Shown here: positions 21,351 to 30,951 of the stretch, in pieces
Layout: each line of letters opens with the position of its first letter
Position numbering within the stretch: the stretch's first letter is position 1
Sequence record: PZ049713.1
DNA length: 59,621 nucleotides
DNA from: a phage
Direction: 5' to 3' (one strand)
Notes under the pieces: generated by a model
What the model saw: the letters and a program-made list of their open reading frames with translations, nothing else
Told to the model about the DNA's origin: nothing
Databases searched by the model: none
Program-made: the position numbers and the translations under genes

Positions 21351-21838
21351 AGGTAGCGGATGCCGGGAGCGAATGTGGCGGTGTACAGATCGCGCGGGAA
21401 TGCGGTATTGATCAGGTCGAAGAAGCCGGCCGTAACCTGCACCGTAGAGCCCTTGATCTTTCCGTTCAGCACCGTGGCGCGGTATACCTGATCGCTCGGT
21501 GCGGTCAAGTCGCTGGCCAGGTACACGCGGAAAATCAGGCTCACCTTCGCCTCCGCCTCCAGTGCCGCGTCAATTTTCCGCTGCGCCTCGCCGGTCACGT
21601 TGTCGATGGCGAAGGTCAGGTTCTGCGCGCCGGAGTTGGTCTTCTTCGGCAGCGCGACGGCAATGCCTGACGCCAGGAACGTCAGCTGCCGGCCGTCCTC
21701 GGTGATGCAGTGCTGATCATCGAACCCTTCGGCCAGCAGGATCGGCTCTGCCCATGCCTCGCATGTCAGCTCAAGCGTATAGAGGATGGTGTCGCCGCCC
21801 GAGGCATAGACTTTTTCAAGGACTGTCATTCGGGCCAC
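21347..21838 (-). CDS. Minor tail protein
   Basis: 163 aa, between tape measure and tail-tip genes. Confidence 0.45.
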   Translation of the reverse strand: MARMTVLEKVYASGGDTILYTLELTCEAWAEPILLAEGFDDQHCITEDGRQLTFLASGIAVALPKKTNSGAQNLTFAIDNVTGEAQRKIDAALEAEAKVSLIFRVYLASDLTAPSDQVYRATVLNGKIKGSTVQVTAGFFDLINTAFPRDLYTATFAPGIRYL

Positions 21839-22332
21839 TCCTCGTTAATCCCCTCGTCAAACGCACCCATGAAAGTCTGGTATTTCGATTCGGGCCATTC
21901 GCGGTTCATGGACTTGTCAAATAGGCTCGATAGCAGAATGTACTGCGGCGCATAAACCGCCCAACCAGGCGCAACCTTCGGTTTATCGCGCAGCTCAACC
22001 CTCGCCGTGTAGGCCCATCGATCGATCCCGAACAGAGCCGGCCCTTGCGGGCTTTCGAGGAATCTCGCCTGGTGCTCGGTTAGGCCGATCGGTGTCCTGA
22101 GCGTGAGCGCGAACCAGCCGGCGCCAACCACGTCGTCTGCCCAGCCTTCGAACAGCTGGGCCTGAGGCGTCGTGAATATCCAGCGCAACGACACGAATGA
22201 CGGGACGCTGGTGAACCTTATCCGCTGCCTAGCGCGACCGCTCTGCATCTCGGTGCGAAGGATTTTGTTTGCCGCCTCAAGCGCAAAGCCATCCCTGGTC
22301 GGAAACGGAAGCTCTACTGGATACTCAATCAT
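21826..22332 (-). CDS. Minor tail protein
   Basis: 168 aa, immediately downstream of tape measure. Confidence 0.45.
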   Translation of the reverse strand: MIEYPVELPFPTRDGFALEAANKILRTEMQSGRARQRIRFTSVPSFVSLRWIFTTPQAQLFEGWADDVVGAGWFALTLRTPIGLTEHQARFLESPQGPALFGIDRWAYTARVELRDKPKVAPGWAVYAPQYILLSSLFDKSMNREWPESKYQTFMGAFDEGINEEWPE

Positions 22333-25300
22333 CGACCCACTCCAGATATGCCGAACTTCCGTCCGATTGCTTGCGATGCAGGTCCGTCGCTATAGATGTC
22401 AGCGACGAATGCGTTCACGTTCCACGAGCCATCGCTGTTTTTAGTCTTCTCGACCTTGCCAGCCTTGCTTGAGTCCTCGATCAGGTTGACGTTGACAGTC
22501 ATGTCGCCGCCACCCTCACCGCCGCTTGAAAGGAAATCCTTCAGGTCGGCGTTCGTGCGCTGGTCAACGACTCGCTCTCCCTTGTCGAGTAGCCATGTGC
22601 CTTCCCGAGGCACGCTGTCGATACCGTCGTGCGCCATGCCGGCAAGCGCCAAGCCAGAAACCGCGGCAGCCATTGGCTCAGTTACAGCGAGCGCCGATGC
22701 CATTGCGGCAGGGGCCATCGCCCACCCAGTGATTGGTATCGCCGCGGCGCTCGCATAGGCGTTAATCCCAGCTTGCAGCGCGGAGGCTTGCGCATTTGTT
22801 GCCATAGCCGAGGCGGCGCTAGATTGCGTAGTCTTTCCGACTAGCAGCTGTACAGCCTGATAGGCAAGCCATTGCGCAGCCATCTGCCCAAGAGCGTTGA
22901 CTACAGAGCGCGCCATCCCTTCAGCCATGCCAGAAACTGCATCGCTCAACGATTCGGCGTCGAATACCATTGATTCGAAGGCATCGCCGAAGCGGCTGCT
23001 GAATCCTTCCACGACATTGCCGGCCAGCTCGTCGAAATTGCCAAGGCTTTCCTCGGCCGCGGCAAGGTATCGCTCCCAGTAGCTGCCATTGACCTCAAGC
23101 AGCTTCTCGTCGCGCTCCTGCTCCAGCCTGATCATGGCCTCGTTGCGCTCTTCTGCAGTGAGCAGCGTTGCGTCCATGATGATCTGGCGGCGGCGCTCGT
23201 AAGACGCTAGGATGGCCTCCTCTTCGGTCATTAGGGCATCGATGATCGATACCGCTTCCCGATTGGTATTTTCCTCAGCCTCGTTGACCTGACGGAGCGC
23301 CTCCGCTTGCTTCTCGTAAGCCTCAACCGCCTGCAAGGCATTGCGAGCACTAGCCAACTGAGACTCTGATGCGCCGTCCATTGACAGCTTGTACAGCGTC
23401 GCCTCGGTCGCGCTCATGCCAAGCATCTGCGCCTGCAGCTCAAGAGCCGATATCTGCTGCTTGAGGTTCTTCTCGGATGTCTTGCCGCGGGCGCGCTCGG
23501 CTTCTTCTAGTCGATAGAGCTGCGTAGCGAGCTGTTCGGCCTCTTCGCGTTCCTCCTTGGTGGCATCAGCGCCAAGCGACTGGATAGCTGCCAGGCGAGC
23601 CCTGGCTTCACCTTGCAGTTTCGCCAGGTCAAGCTGCTCACGCATCCGGGCAATTGCTTTCTGCCCCTCAGTGCTGGTCGTTGGCTCTTCCTGGTCGCTC
23701 AGTTCAGGTGCCTTGCTGCGCTTCGCTATCTCGTCATCGACGGCGCGCAGGCGCTTGCGGTACTTCTCCAGCGCCTCATCAGCGATCAGTGCCTTCTCTG
23801 CCGTGCGCTCCAGTTCTTCACGCCACTCTTGCGCCTTCGCGCTGTTCGGGTAGCGCTGCAGATTGTTGCGCAGCGTTTCGACGCGGGCGTTTAGTGCGGT
23901 GAGTTCGCCGGCCGCGCCGCTGGATTCGGTTTCAATCTTGGTCAGCAGATCCGCGCGCAGAGCGCGCAGCGTTGCATCGCCGAGGTCATTGACCGACTCG
24001 GTAAGCAGGTCGACCGGCTGCTTGGCGTCACGGGCGTTGCTAGCGAAGGTGTAGAGCGCCCCGGCGGCGAGCAAAACCACGCCGGCCGGGCCGCCGAGCA
24101 ACGCCATGGCACTGCGCAGCCCGCCGGCAACGATGGTTCCGACACGCATTGCGCTGTTGAGTGCGTTCTGTGCTGCGGCCTGGTTGGCTGCAGCCTGAAG
24201 CGCCACGGCTTGCGCGGCCGACAGGTTGCGGGCTGCGATCGCGTGGGCGTTGGTGCCCTTGGCGGCCTCGAACTCTGCCCTGGCGACAGCAAGGGCTGCC
24301 ATGGCCGACTGACGCTCAGCGGTAGCACTGGCAGCCGAAACAGCCAGCACCTCGCGCTCTTTTATGAGGCGCGCCCGCAAGGCAAGAAGAGCCTGCCCAT
24401 TCGCTGCGGTCCACGCCAGCATAGCGCTAGTCAGGCGCGCACCGTACGCAATGGCGACGAGTTCAGCAGCGGTACTGATGCCGTCGAGCGCACCCTTCAT
24501 CGCCTCAGTGTCTTCGCTGAACGCGAGTACTGAGTCAGCGGCTGCGATGATGCTATCGGTGACGCTCTGGATCGCCCCGCTCTGGTTCTCGAATGCGACG
24601 AGAATCGCGGTTGTCGCTGTCTTGGCGCGAACACCTGCATCGGTCAGGTTGCTCGCCATATTGGCGGCGGCCTTGGCGTTCTCGTCCAGCGACTTGCGCA
24701 GGCCTTCGGACAGATCACGCGCAGAGAGCTTTCCGGCGGCGCCCATTGCGCGGATCTCTGCCGAGGAACGACCTGTTGCCGCAGCGATGTCATTGATCAC
24801 CGATGGCAGGGCATTGGTGATTGTTTCCCACTGATCGGCGGCCACCTTGCCGGTGTTCATCGACTTGGAGAATGCGCTGATTGCCGTCTCGGCACGCTCG
24901 GCACTGGTGGCGTTCTTCACGAACGCATAGGACATAGAGTCCGTCACGTCCAGCGCCTGCTGAGTCGAGTAACCCATGCTCCGAAGGCTGTCGGCGGTGC
25001 GGATGTACAGCTCCTGGGCTTCCGACAGCGAACGGTAAGTGCCGTTAGCGGTGGCCAGCAGGCGGCGCTGCACAAGCTCGAACTCGGCTTGGCTGCTTGT
25101 GGCCATCTGCACGCGCTCGGCCATCTCCTGGTACGTCTGCACCAGGCCGGCAGCAGAGCGCAGCGCAGATACCGAAACAGCGGCGGCAAGGGTTGTGCCA
25201 AGCGCAGCCACGGCGGTCTTCAGTTGCCCGGTAGCAATGGCATTGCGGCGCGTCTGGCGCTCCAGCTGATCGAACCCACCTTCAGCCTTGCGGGATGCAG

Positions 25301-25382
25301 CTTCCAGGCGATCCAGATCGCTTGCAGCCTTCAGGCCGCTTGTGCTGTCCACGCTCAGGACAAGGCGGGCGTATTCGGTCAT
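22329..25382 (-). CDS. Tail tape measure protein
   Basis: ~1017 aa, Ala-rich helical; in-frame ATG at 25382 preceded by GGAGAAAA; ORF-track start 25412 lies inside an upstream hairpin. Confidence 0.85.
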   Translation of the reverse strand: MTEYARLVLSVDSTSGLKAASDLDRLEAASRKAEGGFDQLERQTRRNAIATGQLKTAVAALGTTLAAAVSVSALRSAAGLVQTYQEMAERVQMATSSQAEFELVQRRLLATANGTYRSLSEAQELYIRTADSLRSMGYSTQQALDVTDSMSYAFVKNATSAERAETAISAFSKSMNTGKVAADQWETITNALPSVINDIAAATGRSSAEIRAMGAAGKLSARDLSEGLRKSLDENAKAAANMASNLTDAGVRAKTATTAILVAFENQSGAIQSVTDSIIAAADSVLAFSEDTEAMKGALDGISTAAELVAIAYGARLTSAMLAWTAANGQALLALRARLIKEREVLAVSAASATAERQSAMAALAVARAEFEAAKGTNAHAIAARNLSAAQAVALQAAANQAAAQNALNSAMRVGTIVAGGLRSAMALLGGPAGVVLLAAGALYTFASNARDAKQPVDLLTESVNDLGDATLRALRADLLTKIETESSGAAGELTALNARVETLRNNLQRYPNSAKAQEWREELERTAEKALIADEALEKYRKRLRAVDDEIAKRSKAPELSDQEEPTTSTEGQKAIARMREQLDLAKLQGEARARLAAIQSLGADATKEEREEAEQLATQLYRLEEAERARGKTSEKNLKQQISALELQAQMLGMSATEATLYKLSMDGASESQLASARNALQAVEAYEKQAEALRQVNEAEENTNREAVSIIDALMTEEEAILASYERRRQIIMDATLLTAEERNEAMIRLEQERDEKLLEVNGSYWERYLAAAEESLGNFDELAGNVVEGFSSRFGDAFESMVFDAESLSDAVSGMAEGMARSVVNALGQMAAQWLAYQAVQLLVGKTTQSSAASAMATNAQASALQAGINAYASAAAIPITGWAMAPAAMASALAVTEPMAAAVSGLALAGMAHDGIDSVPREGTWLLDKGERVVDQRTNADLKDFLSSGGEGGGDMTVNVNLIEDSSKAGKVEKTKNSDGSWNVNAFVADIYSDGPASQAIGRKFGISGVGR

Positions 25383-25402
25383 GCTTTTCTCCGGGCATGA
25401 AA

Positions 25403-25423
25403 AAGCCCGCACTAGGCGGGCTT
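25403..25423 (-). terminator. Intrinsic terminator-like hairpin after lipoprotein moron
   Basis: Minus-strand RNA AAGCCCGC-cuagu-GCGGGCUU followed by UUUCAUG; 8-bp perfect stem. Confidence 0.5.
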
Positions 25424-25434
25424 CGTGAGGTCAT

Positions 25435-25815
25435 TTACTGCTGCTTTGGTGGCTGGGACTGCTGCATGACTTTGTAAGAGGCCTCAATTGTTTTCTGACT
25501 GGCCTCCATCATATCGGCTGTCAGCGTCTGGTTCCCCCATCGCGCAACCTTCCCGTTCTCAAAGGTCACGACCAATCGATCCTGGGCGAGCTGCTCGTTA
25601 TCTACCGGGGTGAAGCCAATCACGACCGGGTTCCAGTAGATCCAACGCTCGCGATCTTCGTTCACATCAGTTCTTCGGGGGAGGCCCATGGTCGCCTGTA
25701 CGTCAGCTTTTGACATTCCCAGCGACAAGTTCATGGACTGCCGGTTGTAGTCGATACGGTTGTTCGCGCAGCCTGCGATGATGAGCATCGCGGCAAAGAT
25801 GAGAATCTTGCGCAT
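25435..25815 (-). CDS. Lipoprotein moron (possible superinfection-exclusion factor)
   Basis: 126 aa; signal peptide MRKILIFAAMLIIAGC with lipobox; own SD (GGGAGAGG); between tail chaperone and tape measure. Confidence 0.65.
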   Translation of the reverse strand: MRKILIFAAMLIIAGCANNRIDYNRQSMNLSLGMSKADVQATMGLPRRTDVNEDRERWIYWNPVVIGFTPVDNEQLAQDRLVVTFENGKVARWGNQTLTADMMEASQKTIEASYKVMQQSQPPKQQ

Positions 25816-25847
25816 GGTTCCTCTCCCTGTTTGAAAGGGTCAGATTA

Positions 25848-26240
25848 TCACCGATTCTCGGCCATCGCCTTCAGTGCAGCGCGCTCCATGATCTGGATCG
25901 CCTCCAGGTGGTCGCGTTGCTGCTTGCGCTTGACGCGGTTCATTCGAAACAGCGACTCAAGGGCCGAGTAGTCAAGCCCTGTCGGCCCATTCATACCCAT
26001 GCGCCACTGGGTCTGCATCGAAAGGAAGATGTCGAACACCTGCCAGTTCTCTGGCCAGATTCCGAACCGCTCTTCCGGGAAGTCTTCGGGGCGAAGGCCG
26101 AAGCGGGCCATCTCTTCGGGGTCGGCGTCCTTCCTGAAAAGCCGCTCGACCGCCCCCTCTAGTTTCCCCGGCGGCCGTCCACCAGGGCGGTGATGTACGC
26201 GGAGAAGATGGCTTTCGGGGCCATGACGTAGTTCTTGCAC
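25848..26240 (-). CDS. Tail assembly chaperone -1 frameshift extension (T-like part of G-T fusion)
   Basis: Overlaps G by ~80 nt in the -1 frame; after slippage at GGGAAAC (26162-26168) reads ...GKLEGAVERLFRKDADPEEM..., matching the ORF-track translation. Confidence 0.6.
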   Translation of the reverse strand: MQELRHGPESHLLRVHHRPGGRPPGKLEGAVERLFRKDADPEEMARFGLRPEDFPEERFGIWPENWQVFDIFLSMQTQWRMGMNGPTGLDYSALESLFRMNRVKRKQQRDHLEAIQIMERAALKAMAENR

Positions 26241-26470
26241 AGCAGCTCGATGCTGGCCGGGCTGAATTCTTCGTCGAGATCCCAGCCCGCCAGGATTTCT
26301 CCAAGCAATGCGGGGTCTTTGATGCTCTTGTTCTTGACCAGGGCGTCGAGGCTGTCCTTGTCGCGGTGCTTGAACTCCATCACCGGCTTGGCAACCTGGC
26401 CATCAGGCAGCGGGATTTCTACCGGCGCCTTGAAGGTAGGGTTCGGGGTCAGGGTGAATTTCACGCTCAT
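26159..26470 (-). CDS. Tail assembly chaperone (G-like)
   Basis: 103 aa; ends ...RRGN* with slippery heptamer GGGAAAC in the last codons. Confidence 0.7.
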   Translation of the reverse strand: MSVKFTLTPNPTFKAPVEIPLPDGQVAKPVMEFKHRDKDSLDALVKNKSIKDPALLGEILAGWDLDEEFSPASIELLCKNYVMAPKAIFSAYITALVDGRRGN

Positions 26471-26524
26471 GGATAGTCCCTATCTGGAATTGGTAGGCCC
26501 GCCTAGTGACGGGCCTTAGCTGCC

Positions 26525-27172
26525 TTATGCGGCGTAACGCATCGGCTCCGAAGTCAGCGAAACGGTGCTCTGCAGGCCCATCAGCTCGTTCTTGGTGAGC
26601 GTCGGGGTCTTGTTCAGGGTCACATAGCCGTTGTAGTAGATCGCCGAGCCGGACGGCAGCACGACCGACACAGCACGCGGAATGCGGTCGTCGTTGGCGT
26701 CGGACAAGATGCTGTACCAGGGCAGCTCGGCGTCGTCGCCGATGGTCATGGCGAAGCTCGACGCGCTCTTGACGGTCGGGATCTGGTGCTCGACATCCTC
26801 CTCGAGGAACGAGTAGGTGACGAACTGCTGCTCGCCGCCCGAAGTGGTGAATTCCAGAACCTGGGTAATCTGCTGCCAGGTGCTGACCTTGCGCACGGAG
26901 CCGGCGCCACCGCCAGCCGGGTACAGGTTGGTCGAGGCGGTGTTGATGCCTTCCAGCTCGAAGGTGTCGGCGGTCACGTTGGCGACCCGAGCGACGCGGC
27001 TGTTCAGGCGCGACCAGCCGGAGGTGACTTCGACGATATCGCCATTGGCCAGGCCGTGGCCCACTGCAGAGGCGACCGCCGGATTGGCGTTGGATACAGC
27101 AGTAACTGTGATCGGCGCGGCATACGCGGAAGCGATGGATACTACGGCGCCGTTGGGTAGGCTCACACTCAT
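26525..27172 (-). CDS. Major tail protein
   Basis: 215 aa; position directly upstream of chaperone genes. Confidence 0.6.
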   Translation of the reverse strand: MSVSLPNGAVVSIASAYAAPITVTAVSNANPAVASAVGHGLANGDIVEVTSGWSRLNSRVARVANVTADTFELEGINTASTNLYPAGGGAGSVRKVSTWQQITQVLEFTTSGGEQQFVTYSFLEEDVEHQIPTVKSASSFAMTIGDDAELPWYSILSDANDDRIPRAVSVVLPSGSAIYYNGYVTLNKTPTLTKNELMGLQSTVSLTSEPMRYAA

Positions 27173-27234
27173 GGGTTTTTCCTCTGGGTATAAAAAAACC
27201 GCCTTTCGGCGGCTCTGGATTGCCCAACGGGCGG

Positions 27235-27648
27235 TTAAATCGTGTCGGCTCGGTAGGTGAAGCTAACCGGGAGCATGAAATGGGTGTCTTCATTGATCGG
27301 CGGGCCTTCACTGCAGGGGCTCGTGATCTGCAGGGCGAAGCTGCCGGACGTGAGGCGATCGTTCAGCGGGAACAGCTCGGCGATGTCAGCGGCCAGCGTT
27401 TCCGCCTCTGTCGGCCCCTTGCCTTTCGGCACGAACACGCTGATCTGGCACACGCCGCTGTACTCGCGGTGCGCTCCGGCCAGGTCGGCGCTGTCGGTCG
27501 GCGCTTTGAGCAGGTTGAAGCGAAGGTATTGCCCTGCAGGAGGCACGAACTGAACGTTTTCCCAGGCAACCGGCAACGTGCGCGCCGTAGCAAAGGTGTT
27601 CAGCCTGCCTTGGAGCAGCGAGCGAATCAGCTTTTGAGACATGGTCAC
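27235..27648 (-). CDS. Tail terminator / completion protein candidate
   Basis: 137 aa; position between neck proteins and major tail protein. Confidence 0.35.
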   Translation of the reverse strand: MTMSQKLIRSLLQGRLNTFATARTLPVAWENVQFVPPAGQYLRFNLLKAPTDSADLAGAHREYSGVCQISVFVPKGKGPTEAETLAADIAELFPLNDRLTSGSFALQITSPCSEGPPINEDTHFMLPVSFTYRADTI

Positions 27649-28040
27649 ACCTTGTTCTTGGCAACGGCCACGGCGACCATCTTCTGCACTCTGGCGAAGT
27701 TGATCCGGACCATCCCGGCGGGGGCTTGGGTGCTGCTGCCGTATTCAAGCGAGTAGATGTACGGCAGGTTGTTGGTCAGGAACACCTCCTGTCCCGCGCC
27801 CTCGGGCGTTTTAGCCTGCACCTCTGTCAGCGCCTGCGCGCCACTCTTGTCGTCTCGGTCGATCTCGTTTGGCGTTGGCTGGCCGACCGACGTCTGCCAG
27901 TTACCGCGGGCTCGGCCGGTATCGACAGGAGTCGAGCGGATCACGCTAGAGAACAACTCAAGGGCTGCAGTACGGGCGATTTTGTCGTGTGCCTCCGCAG
28001 CTTTAGCGGTAAACCTGCGGATGTCTTCGGAGAACGACAT
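27645..28040 (-). CDS. HK97 gp10-like head-tail joining protein
   Basis: 131 aa; ...GRARGNWQTSVG... motif; position. Confidence 0.5.
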   Translation of the reverse strand: MSFSEDIRRFTAKAAEAHDKIARTAALELFSSVIRSTPVDTGRARGNWQTSVGQPTPNEIDRDDKSGAQALTEVQAKTPEGAGQEVFLTNNLPYIYSLEYGSSTQAPAGMVRINFARVQKMVAVAVAKNKV

Positions 28041-28426
28041 CAGCGCCTCCCCTGGACCTCATAGGCCAGCACTTCACCGGTTGGATTGAGCGTGGAGACG
28101 GCAACGACTGTCCACACCTGGCCGGCTGCGGTGATCGTCGTCTCCAGCGTTGGCGGCCATTCAAGGCCAGCAGCGCCGAAGAAGATCTTCTTGTCGTCGC
28201 GCAGGATCATCGAGCCATCCGCGTACTGCGTGCCGGATGACTGCAGGGTGTAGTTGTCGAGGATTGCTTTCGCGGTCTGGGTTAGCGTCTGCCCCGGCGT
28301 GACGGAACCAGTCACAGGGTCGTAGCCACCAGCCTGCTCGAGCGTCAGCGTGATCGTTTCGCCGATCTCCTCGACGACAGCCAGCGCCTCGGCAGCACCT
28401 TCTAGAATCTCGTCGCGCAGCGCCAT
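28040..28426 (-). CDS. Head closure / head-tail adaptor protein
   Basis: 128 aa; position. Confidence 0.4.
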   Translation of the reverse strand: MALRDEILEGAAEALAVVEEIGETITLTLEQAGGYDPVTGSVTPGQTLTQTAKAILDNYTLQSSGTQYADGSMILRDDKKIFFGAAGLEWPPTLETTITAAGQVWTVVAVSTLNPTGEVLAYEVQGRR

Positions 28427-28427
28427 G

Positions 28428-28802
28428 TCAGACCCTCTTTAGGAGCGTGGTTGCCGACCGCCGCGTCCATGGCACCAGTAGCGCCAGGGCAAACGACTCG
28501 GCCGCGCTTACCGCCTTTGCACCCTTTGCATAGGTCTTCGAGCTGGTGACCGGCCCAGCGGTAACGCTCGTGCTGACAACCTCTCGATCTTCCGTGGCAA
28601 ACAGCCTTCCGGCTGCCGCCTCTTTTGCTACCTGCGCCCCTGCCAGCTTGATCTCGCCAGGTGCCGGGTCAGGCACAGGCCGCGTTATCTTGGCCGTCAA
28701 CCAGGCGTTGGCCATGGTCACGGCAAGGACCGCATCACCAGTGCCAGCCCAGTCAGGACCAAGCAGGGCATCCACATCGGCAGCGGTGATGAAGTCAGTC
28801 AT
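28428..28802 (-). CDS. gp6-like head-tail connector protein
   Basis: 124 aa; position downstream of capsid gene. Confidence 0.45.
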   Translation of the reverse strand: MTDFITAADVDALLGPDWAGTGDAVLAVTMANAWLTAKITRPVPDPAPGEIKLAGAQVAKEAAAGRLFATEDREVVSTSVTAGPVTSSKTYAKGAKAVSAAESFALALLVPWTRRSATTLLKRV

Positions 28803-28805
28803 GAA

Positions 28806-28937
28806 TCAGTCCTCGGCTTTTGCGGCTTTCGGCTTCGGAGCCGGCTTCTTCTGCTCGACCAGCTCAGGCTTTGCCTTCTCGGCTTTTGCGGCTTTCGCGT
28901 CTTTCCGTCGCCGCGCGTTGTGTGCTGCAAGTCCCAT
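28806..28937 (-). CDS. Small Lys/Ala-rich protein (43 aa)
   Basis: Not in ORF track; ATG 28937 with AGGAGG 5 nt upstream; reads MGLAAHNARRRKDAKAAKAEKAKPELVEQKKPAPKPKAAKAED; 3 nt from next gene. Confidence 0.45.
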   Translation of the reverse strand: MGLAAHNARRRKDAKAAKAEKAKPELVEQKKPAPKPKAAKAED

Positions 28938-28979
28938 CACATCCTCCTAATGGGGCGACCCGAAGGCCGCCCCGTCCGG

Positions 28980-29954
28980 TTAGGCCTTGGAAACCAGGCT
29001 GGCGATGCGGATCTGCTTGCGGTCGTAGACGCGGTTCCAGTTCGCAGCGGCAGCCAGCTCGGTGTTGGACGGCGCAGCGCCTGCAACCGAAGCGCCCAGC
29101 CAGCGGATGCCGCGCGGATGCATCAGGAAGTGGCGGCGAGTGATCAGGTACTCGATACCAGCCAGCGAGTCGCGGTCGGTTTCGGTGGGGACCTTTGGAG
29201 CGCCCTCGCCGTAACCGATGGCGCCATCACCGAACAGGTAGCTGGTGAACACGCGATCAGCGCCGGAGCCGCTTACCGGCATACCGTCATCGACCAGCAC
29301 GCGCTTGCCCATGTAGACGGCAATGGTCGGCTTGCCTTCGGAGTCAGGCAGGAAGTCGATCAGGTTCTGTTTGCGCATGGCGTTGTAGATGACGCTGTGC
29401 ACAGCCACGCCAGCAACCTGGCCGATGGCATCGCCAAAGGTCGCCTCGGCATCCAGATAAGCCTCTGCGCTGAACTTGGCGCCGTCGCCGACGACTGCAG
29501 ACACGTCGTGCACCATGTCGCTTGCATCGTTGGCCACGTTGTCAGCGAACACGCCACGCAGCGAGGAGATCAGGGTCTTCTGCTGCTGGCGAGCCCAGTA
29601 GCCGGCGACCAGATCAGCTACGCCGCGCATCGGGTCGTCACCAGCCAGAGCAGCAGCCAGGTCGTTGACGGCCCATGCCTTACCACGCAGATGCAGGACA
29701 GCAACGTCCTGGCCGGCAGTGATAGCCTCAGGGGTAAGCGGCGCGGAATCGTCCAGCACCTCATCAGCGCCGGTCAGGTCGTTCCAGAACGGCATGTTGA
29801 GGGTGTTGCCGCCAGTCGATGCCAGGCGGTCAAGCTCCGCATCGTTGGACACGATGCCGCCCATGCGGAGCAGGGTCAGTTCTCGGGTCAGGTTCCAGAC
29901 ATAGGGGTTGAATACCTCGGGAACGATTACGTCCGAGATTTTGGTGTCAGCCAT
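28980..29954 (-). CDS. Major capsid protein
   Basis: 324 aa; follows scaffold gene; order terminase-portal-scaffold-capsid. Confidence 0.7.
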   Translation of the reverse strand: MADTKISDVIVPEVFNPYVWNLTRELTLLRMGGIVSNDAELDRLASTGGNTLNMPFWNDLTGADEVLDDSAPLTPEAITAGQDVAVLHLRGKAWAVNDLAAALAGDDPMRGVADLVAGYWARQQQKTLISSLRGVFADNVANDASDMVHDVSAVVGDGAKFSAEAYLDAEATFGDAIGQVAGVAVHSVIYNAMRKQNLIDFLPDSEGKPTIAVYMGKRVLVDDGMPVSGSGADRVFTSYLFGDGAIGYGEGAPKVPTETDRDSLAGIEYLITRRHFLMHPRGIRWLGASVAGAAPSNTELAAAANWNRVYDRKQIRIASLVSKA

Positions 29955-30052
29955 GGGAAATTCTCCAGTATTGGCGGGGTTTGTTTGGTTTCAGGGTCGG
30001 CGCAGCCGATAGGGTTGCGGTCGGCAGCGCAGCCGCCAGCACCGGGGATTTA

Positions 30053-30826
30053 CTAGGCCGCTGCCTCGGACTTGAGGCGCGCGGCCAGTTGCGGGTTCTC
30101 ACGCTGAATGCGGGCCTGTTCGGTCAGATTCAGCGAGTCTTTCTTGAATGGGTTGCTTGCGATTTGGGCGCCTTGCTTGCCGCCCTGCGAGCCAACACCT
30201 TTGGCGGTAGGCAGGAGATAGCCGTGTTCTTGGCGAACGATGCGGTCGATCCACTCTTTTTGCGTGATCGGGCCTTTTTCGCCGGTCACGATTTGGCCGT
30301 CTGCGTCGCGCATGATCGGCTGCCCGTCTTCGACCTTGAACGCCTGGCGCGCGAGCATCGTGATGATCTTCAGTTTGCCTTCGCCCTCGATGCCGAACTC
30401 ACTGGCGGCTTGAATGGCGGCGTTGTCGATCATGATCTCGGCCAGCTTGGCGTCACGCTCAGACAGCGCTGCTTCCAGCTCAGCAACGCGCTTTGAGCTG
30501 CTTTCGAGAGCCGCTTTATGCTGCGCGCTCACCTTCTCAATCTTGCGGTCGATGACCTCTTGGGTTTTGCCCTCGGCGATCAGCTTGGCCTCCTCGTCAT
30601 TTTCGAAGCGGCTCATGATGGCCCGCACCTGGGCGGGGTCGATACCGTCGAACTCTTTGAGCTTGTCGGCCTGCTGCTGGCGAGCTTTGCGCTCTTCCTT
30701 CAGTTCGTCGAGGATCTGCTGCTTGTTGGTTTCAAGGCCGGCACGGTCTTGCTTGATCGCGTTGAGCAGCTGGCTGCGCTGGGCTTCATCGGTCACCGAT
30801 TGAGCCAACAGTTCTTCCAAGGTCAT
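30053..30826 (-). CDS. Capsid scaffolding protein
   Basis: 257 aa; acidic, Ala/Glu/Lys-rich coiled coil; directly upstream of capsid gene. Confidence 0.6.
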   Translation of the reverse strand: MTLEELLAQSVTDEAQRSQLLNAIKQDRAGLETNKQQILDELKEERKARQQQADKLKEFDGIDPAQVRAIMSRFENDEEAKLIAEGKTQEVIDRKIEKVSAQHKAALESSSKRVAELEAALSERDAKLAEIMIDNAAIQAASEFGIEGEGKLKIITMLARQAFKVEDGQPIMRDADGQIVTGEKGPITQKEWIDRIVRQEHGYLLPTAKGVGSQGGKQGAQIASNPFKKDSLNLTEQARIQRENPQLAARLKSEAAA

Positions 30827-30867
30827 GCGTGTCTCCTACCCCGCAGGGGATTGATGCGGCGCGGCCG

Positions 30868-30898
30868 CAAACGAAAAAGCCCCGCACGATGGCGAGGC
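30868..30898 (-). terminator. Intrinsic terminator (minus strand)
   Basis: Minus-strand RNA GCCUCGC-caucgu-GCGGGGC then UUUUUCGUUUG; motif shared with 38515 and 38760. Confidence 0.55.
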
Positions 30899-30951
30899 TC
30901 TAGAAATGGAAAACCCGGCGCGGGCCGGGTCTGGTGTCCTGTTCTGGCGGT

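Noticed and set aside
28920-30056. 378-aa plus-strand ORF opposite the major capsid gene, and similar long antisense ORFs (e.g. 19990-20856, 24364-24834, 35830-36705)
   Set aside because: They fall entirely within well-supported minus-strand structural genes; long open antisense frames are expected in GC-rich DNA, and their translations are Arg/Ala/Gly-rich without motifs.
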